Sequence record: JAIUNF010000010.1
Direction: 5' to 3' (one strand)
DNA: 32,000 bases
The notes under the pieces were generated by a model. It made no database searches and was not told where the DNA came from. It saw only the letters and a program-made list of their open reading frames with translations. This document shows, in pieces, positions 30,054 to 32,000 of this stretch (position 1 is its first letter; every line of letters starts with the position of its first letter). A program made the position numbers and the translations under genes.

Positions 30054-31242
30054 CATTAAATTTGTTGACCTACTGGATGAAATCCCATAGCTTAAAGTAT
30101 TACTCTTTAAGCTTAAAAAGTTCTTAAAACTTAGTGTAGGTACGCAAACACTCTCGTGCTTGATCGGACTATATCTTATATTTTTAAGTTGTAGAAGTTT
30201 TGTAAATGATCTCAAGAAAAATTTGTTCTGAAATTGTTCATACCTGATTTGATCTTTACTATTTTTTCCTTACCTTCATCTGTATTATGCTCCTTTCTGT
30301 CAAACATGTCTACTACTTTCATTCAATCTAATGAATCTAAATGTTTAGTTCCAAATAGAGGAAATTGTAAAAGATAATTTTTAGCATTAATATTACCTTT
30401 AAGGTTAATAGTTCTAACTCTATACTCAGGTTTTGGTTTATCCGATCTTATTTTTTGACTTCCGTTTTTAAAAACTCAGCAATATAACTTAAGAAATCCG
30501 AATTATCATATCCTTTGTGATCTTCTCGTCTTTGAGATATTTCTAATTTACATTCAAGTTTAGGATATTTACGTTCCCCTCTGGGGATAGAAAGAGTAGT
30601 TCTTACTTGAAAAGAAGCGTCTGCTTCTATAAACCCAGACAGCCATGGATTGGAATCTAAAGACTCTATAGATACAGGTTGTTTTTCAATACTGGTTCCT
30701 TTAGTTTTATTAAAAAAATCTATTAATGCATTAAGACTATGTATTTTAGGTGTTCTCATATTTCCATTTATTAATGAAATAACTAATAATATACCTTCAT
30801 AGCTATTTATACTTAATATATAAGCATCTACCCCTTTTTTTCGAGATAATGAACCTACACCTAACTCTTTTTGAACAAGTAGAGCTAAAGGTAAATCTTT
30901 TAAATGAAAAACTATTTGTATAGCGGGATAATTTAATTTACCCTTAGGACTTCTTAAAGTTTTTGGTGTTACTATTGTACCATCACCTTCAAGAAGCCCG
31001 GTGAAATAATAACTAAAAAGAGATTTCTTGAAATTTTGACTATCGTTATTAGTATGAAAGGATCTAAGAGTTGTGCATAAAGGAATGGTAAAAAGTACTA
31101 AACTACAACAAAAATATTTTGGCGTATAGTCTCTGAGGTTCTCTAAAAAGTTCAAACTTTTAAGATTACCTGCTGATTGCGATATATTTTCATATAACGG
31201 TTCCCAGAAAACAGCCAAATTTAGAGCCGGCAGAATTAGTTT
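30054..31242 (-). mobile_element. group I intron cox1-B (ORF between R and S)
   Basis: Core elements are a P-like segment at 31199-31216, Q (31169-31179), R CCTCAGAGACTATA (31125-31138) and S AAGATATAGTCC (30166-30177). Confidence 0.85.
30176..31242 (-). CDS. double-motif LAGLIDADG homing endonuclease in frame with the exon, one frame break
   Basis: Motifs [11 protein letters not shown] and [11 protein letters not shown] are present. The apparent stop at 30448 follows the T6 run at 30451-30456 (an A run on the coding strand). One more A restores ...[80 protein letters not shown]..., which ends at TAA 30176-30178. Confidence 0.75.
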
Positions 31243-31317
31243 ACCGGCTAATACTGGTAAAGATAATAATAATAACACTGCTGTAATAACTACAGCTCAT
31301 CCAAATAAAGCTAATTT
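31243..31317 (-). CDS. cox1: cox1 exon
   Basis: The exon reads [25 protein letters not shown] (25 codons). It is preceded by G and ends in T. Confidence 0.85.
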
Positions 31318-32000
31318 CATTTAAATAGATTAATTAAACTATTTATATTAATTTTCACATATAGATTATCATATCTTTTGTCTAAAGGTACACCCTTAAA
31401 TTAAAATATTTATCTTTATGTATAGTATCATATTCTACTTTCTATTCATATTCATGTCTGATTTTATAGATAGTATTTTATTTAACCCTTCTTCAGTTAA
31501 ATGGGATTTATTGACCATTAAGTCTGATACTTTTTTGAAATCTTCAAAATTTTTTACTTTATCTCCAATTAATGAATATTTATCGAAAAAAGGTATAATT
31601 ATATTTTGTATATCTGATAATTTTGACACAGTATATCTTATAATGGCTGAAGATTCATTCATTGTAATAGTACCACAACCCAGTCTTGACTTTATTTCTT
31701 CCATTAATTCTATATCTCTTATATTTTGTACCACTATGAAATTCAGACCTACACTTAAACCTAATTTGTGTGTTTTAGATTTACTTGTTTTAACATAAAA
31801 ACATCCTTCACCCTCTACAAATCCGGCTATTCAGTAATTCATGTCGAATAATTTATCCTGAATATTTAAGGTAAATTCAGGTCTTATTTCAGGTTTAGTG
31901 TTAGGAAAATCTAATAATAGTCTTTCAGATAAACCTTTATTCATAGAAGCTCTAATATTTACTAAACTTTGCAAACTTCTTAAATGTTCTTTATTTAATA
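31318..32000 (-). mobile_element. cox1 intron A, 3' part (continues past the window end)
   Basis: This is non-cox1 sequence upstream of the KLALFGW exon. It contains the 3' half of a LAGLIDADG ORF and ends in G at 31318. Confidence 0.7.
31435..32000 (-). CDS. LAGLIDADG homing endonuclease, C-terminal part (5' end outside the window)
   Basis: The motif IAGFVEGEGCFYV is present. It is followed by ...IIPFFDKYSLIGDKVKNFEDFKKVSDLMVNKSHLTEEGLNKILSIKSDMNMNRK and a stop at 31435-31437. Confidence 0.8.

Overview
AT-rich fungal (Pezizomycotina-type) mitochondrial DNA. It only reads sensibly with translation table 4: TGA sits at conserved Trp positions in cox1, nad1, nad4 and atp6. All genes are on the minus strand. 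From high to low coordinates the order is cox1 (3' two-thirds, 10 exons, 1071 nt of exon spread over about 16 kb), orf292, trnR(UCU), nad1 (3 exons), nad4, atp8, atp6 (2 exons), orf317, a tRNA-like gene, and the rns 5' end. From memory this matches the cox1-trnR-nad1-nad4-atp8-atp6-rns synteny of Sordariomycetes. Thirteen group I introns fill most of the window: 10 in cox1 (labelled A-J here from 5' to 3'), 2 in nad1 and 1 in atp6. They carry 10 LAGLIDADG and 4 GIY-YIG homing-endonuclease ORFs, several of them broken. Splice junctions were inferred from recalled protein conservation plus the rule that the 5' exon ends in T and the intron ends in G, so expect errors of 1-3 nt. Points worth a second look: (1) nad1 has an in-frame TAA plus a 1-nt frame break, atp6 has a 1-nt frame break, and at least eight further breaks in intron and accessory ORFs lie mostly in homopolymer runs, so consensus error must be excluded first. 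(2) A clean cloverleaf with anticodon UUA lies between orf317 and rns. (3) Five non-endonuclease ORFs of unknown function are present: Pro-rich repeat orf317, a roughly 130-270 codon acidic extension fused to nad4, orf292, a coiled-coil ORF in cox1 intron E, and a hydrophobic ORF in the 3' tail of cox1 intron H. (4) cox1 intron D contains a nested, duplicated endonuclease arrangement. (5) Several families of GC-rich palindromic clusters are inserted into rRNA, spacers and endonuclease ORFs, sometimes in frame. No CRISPR, prophage or bacterial-type operon features are present. No database search was possible, so all homology calls rest on motifs recognised by eye.
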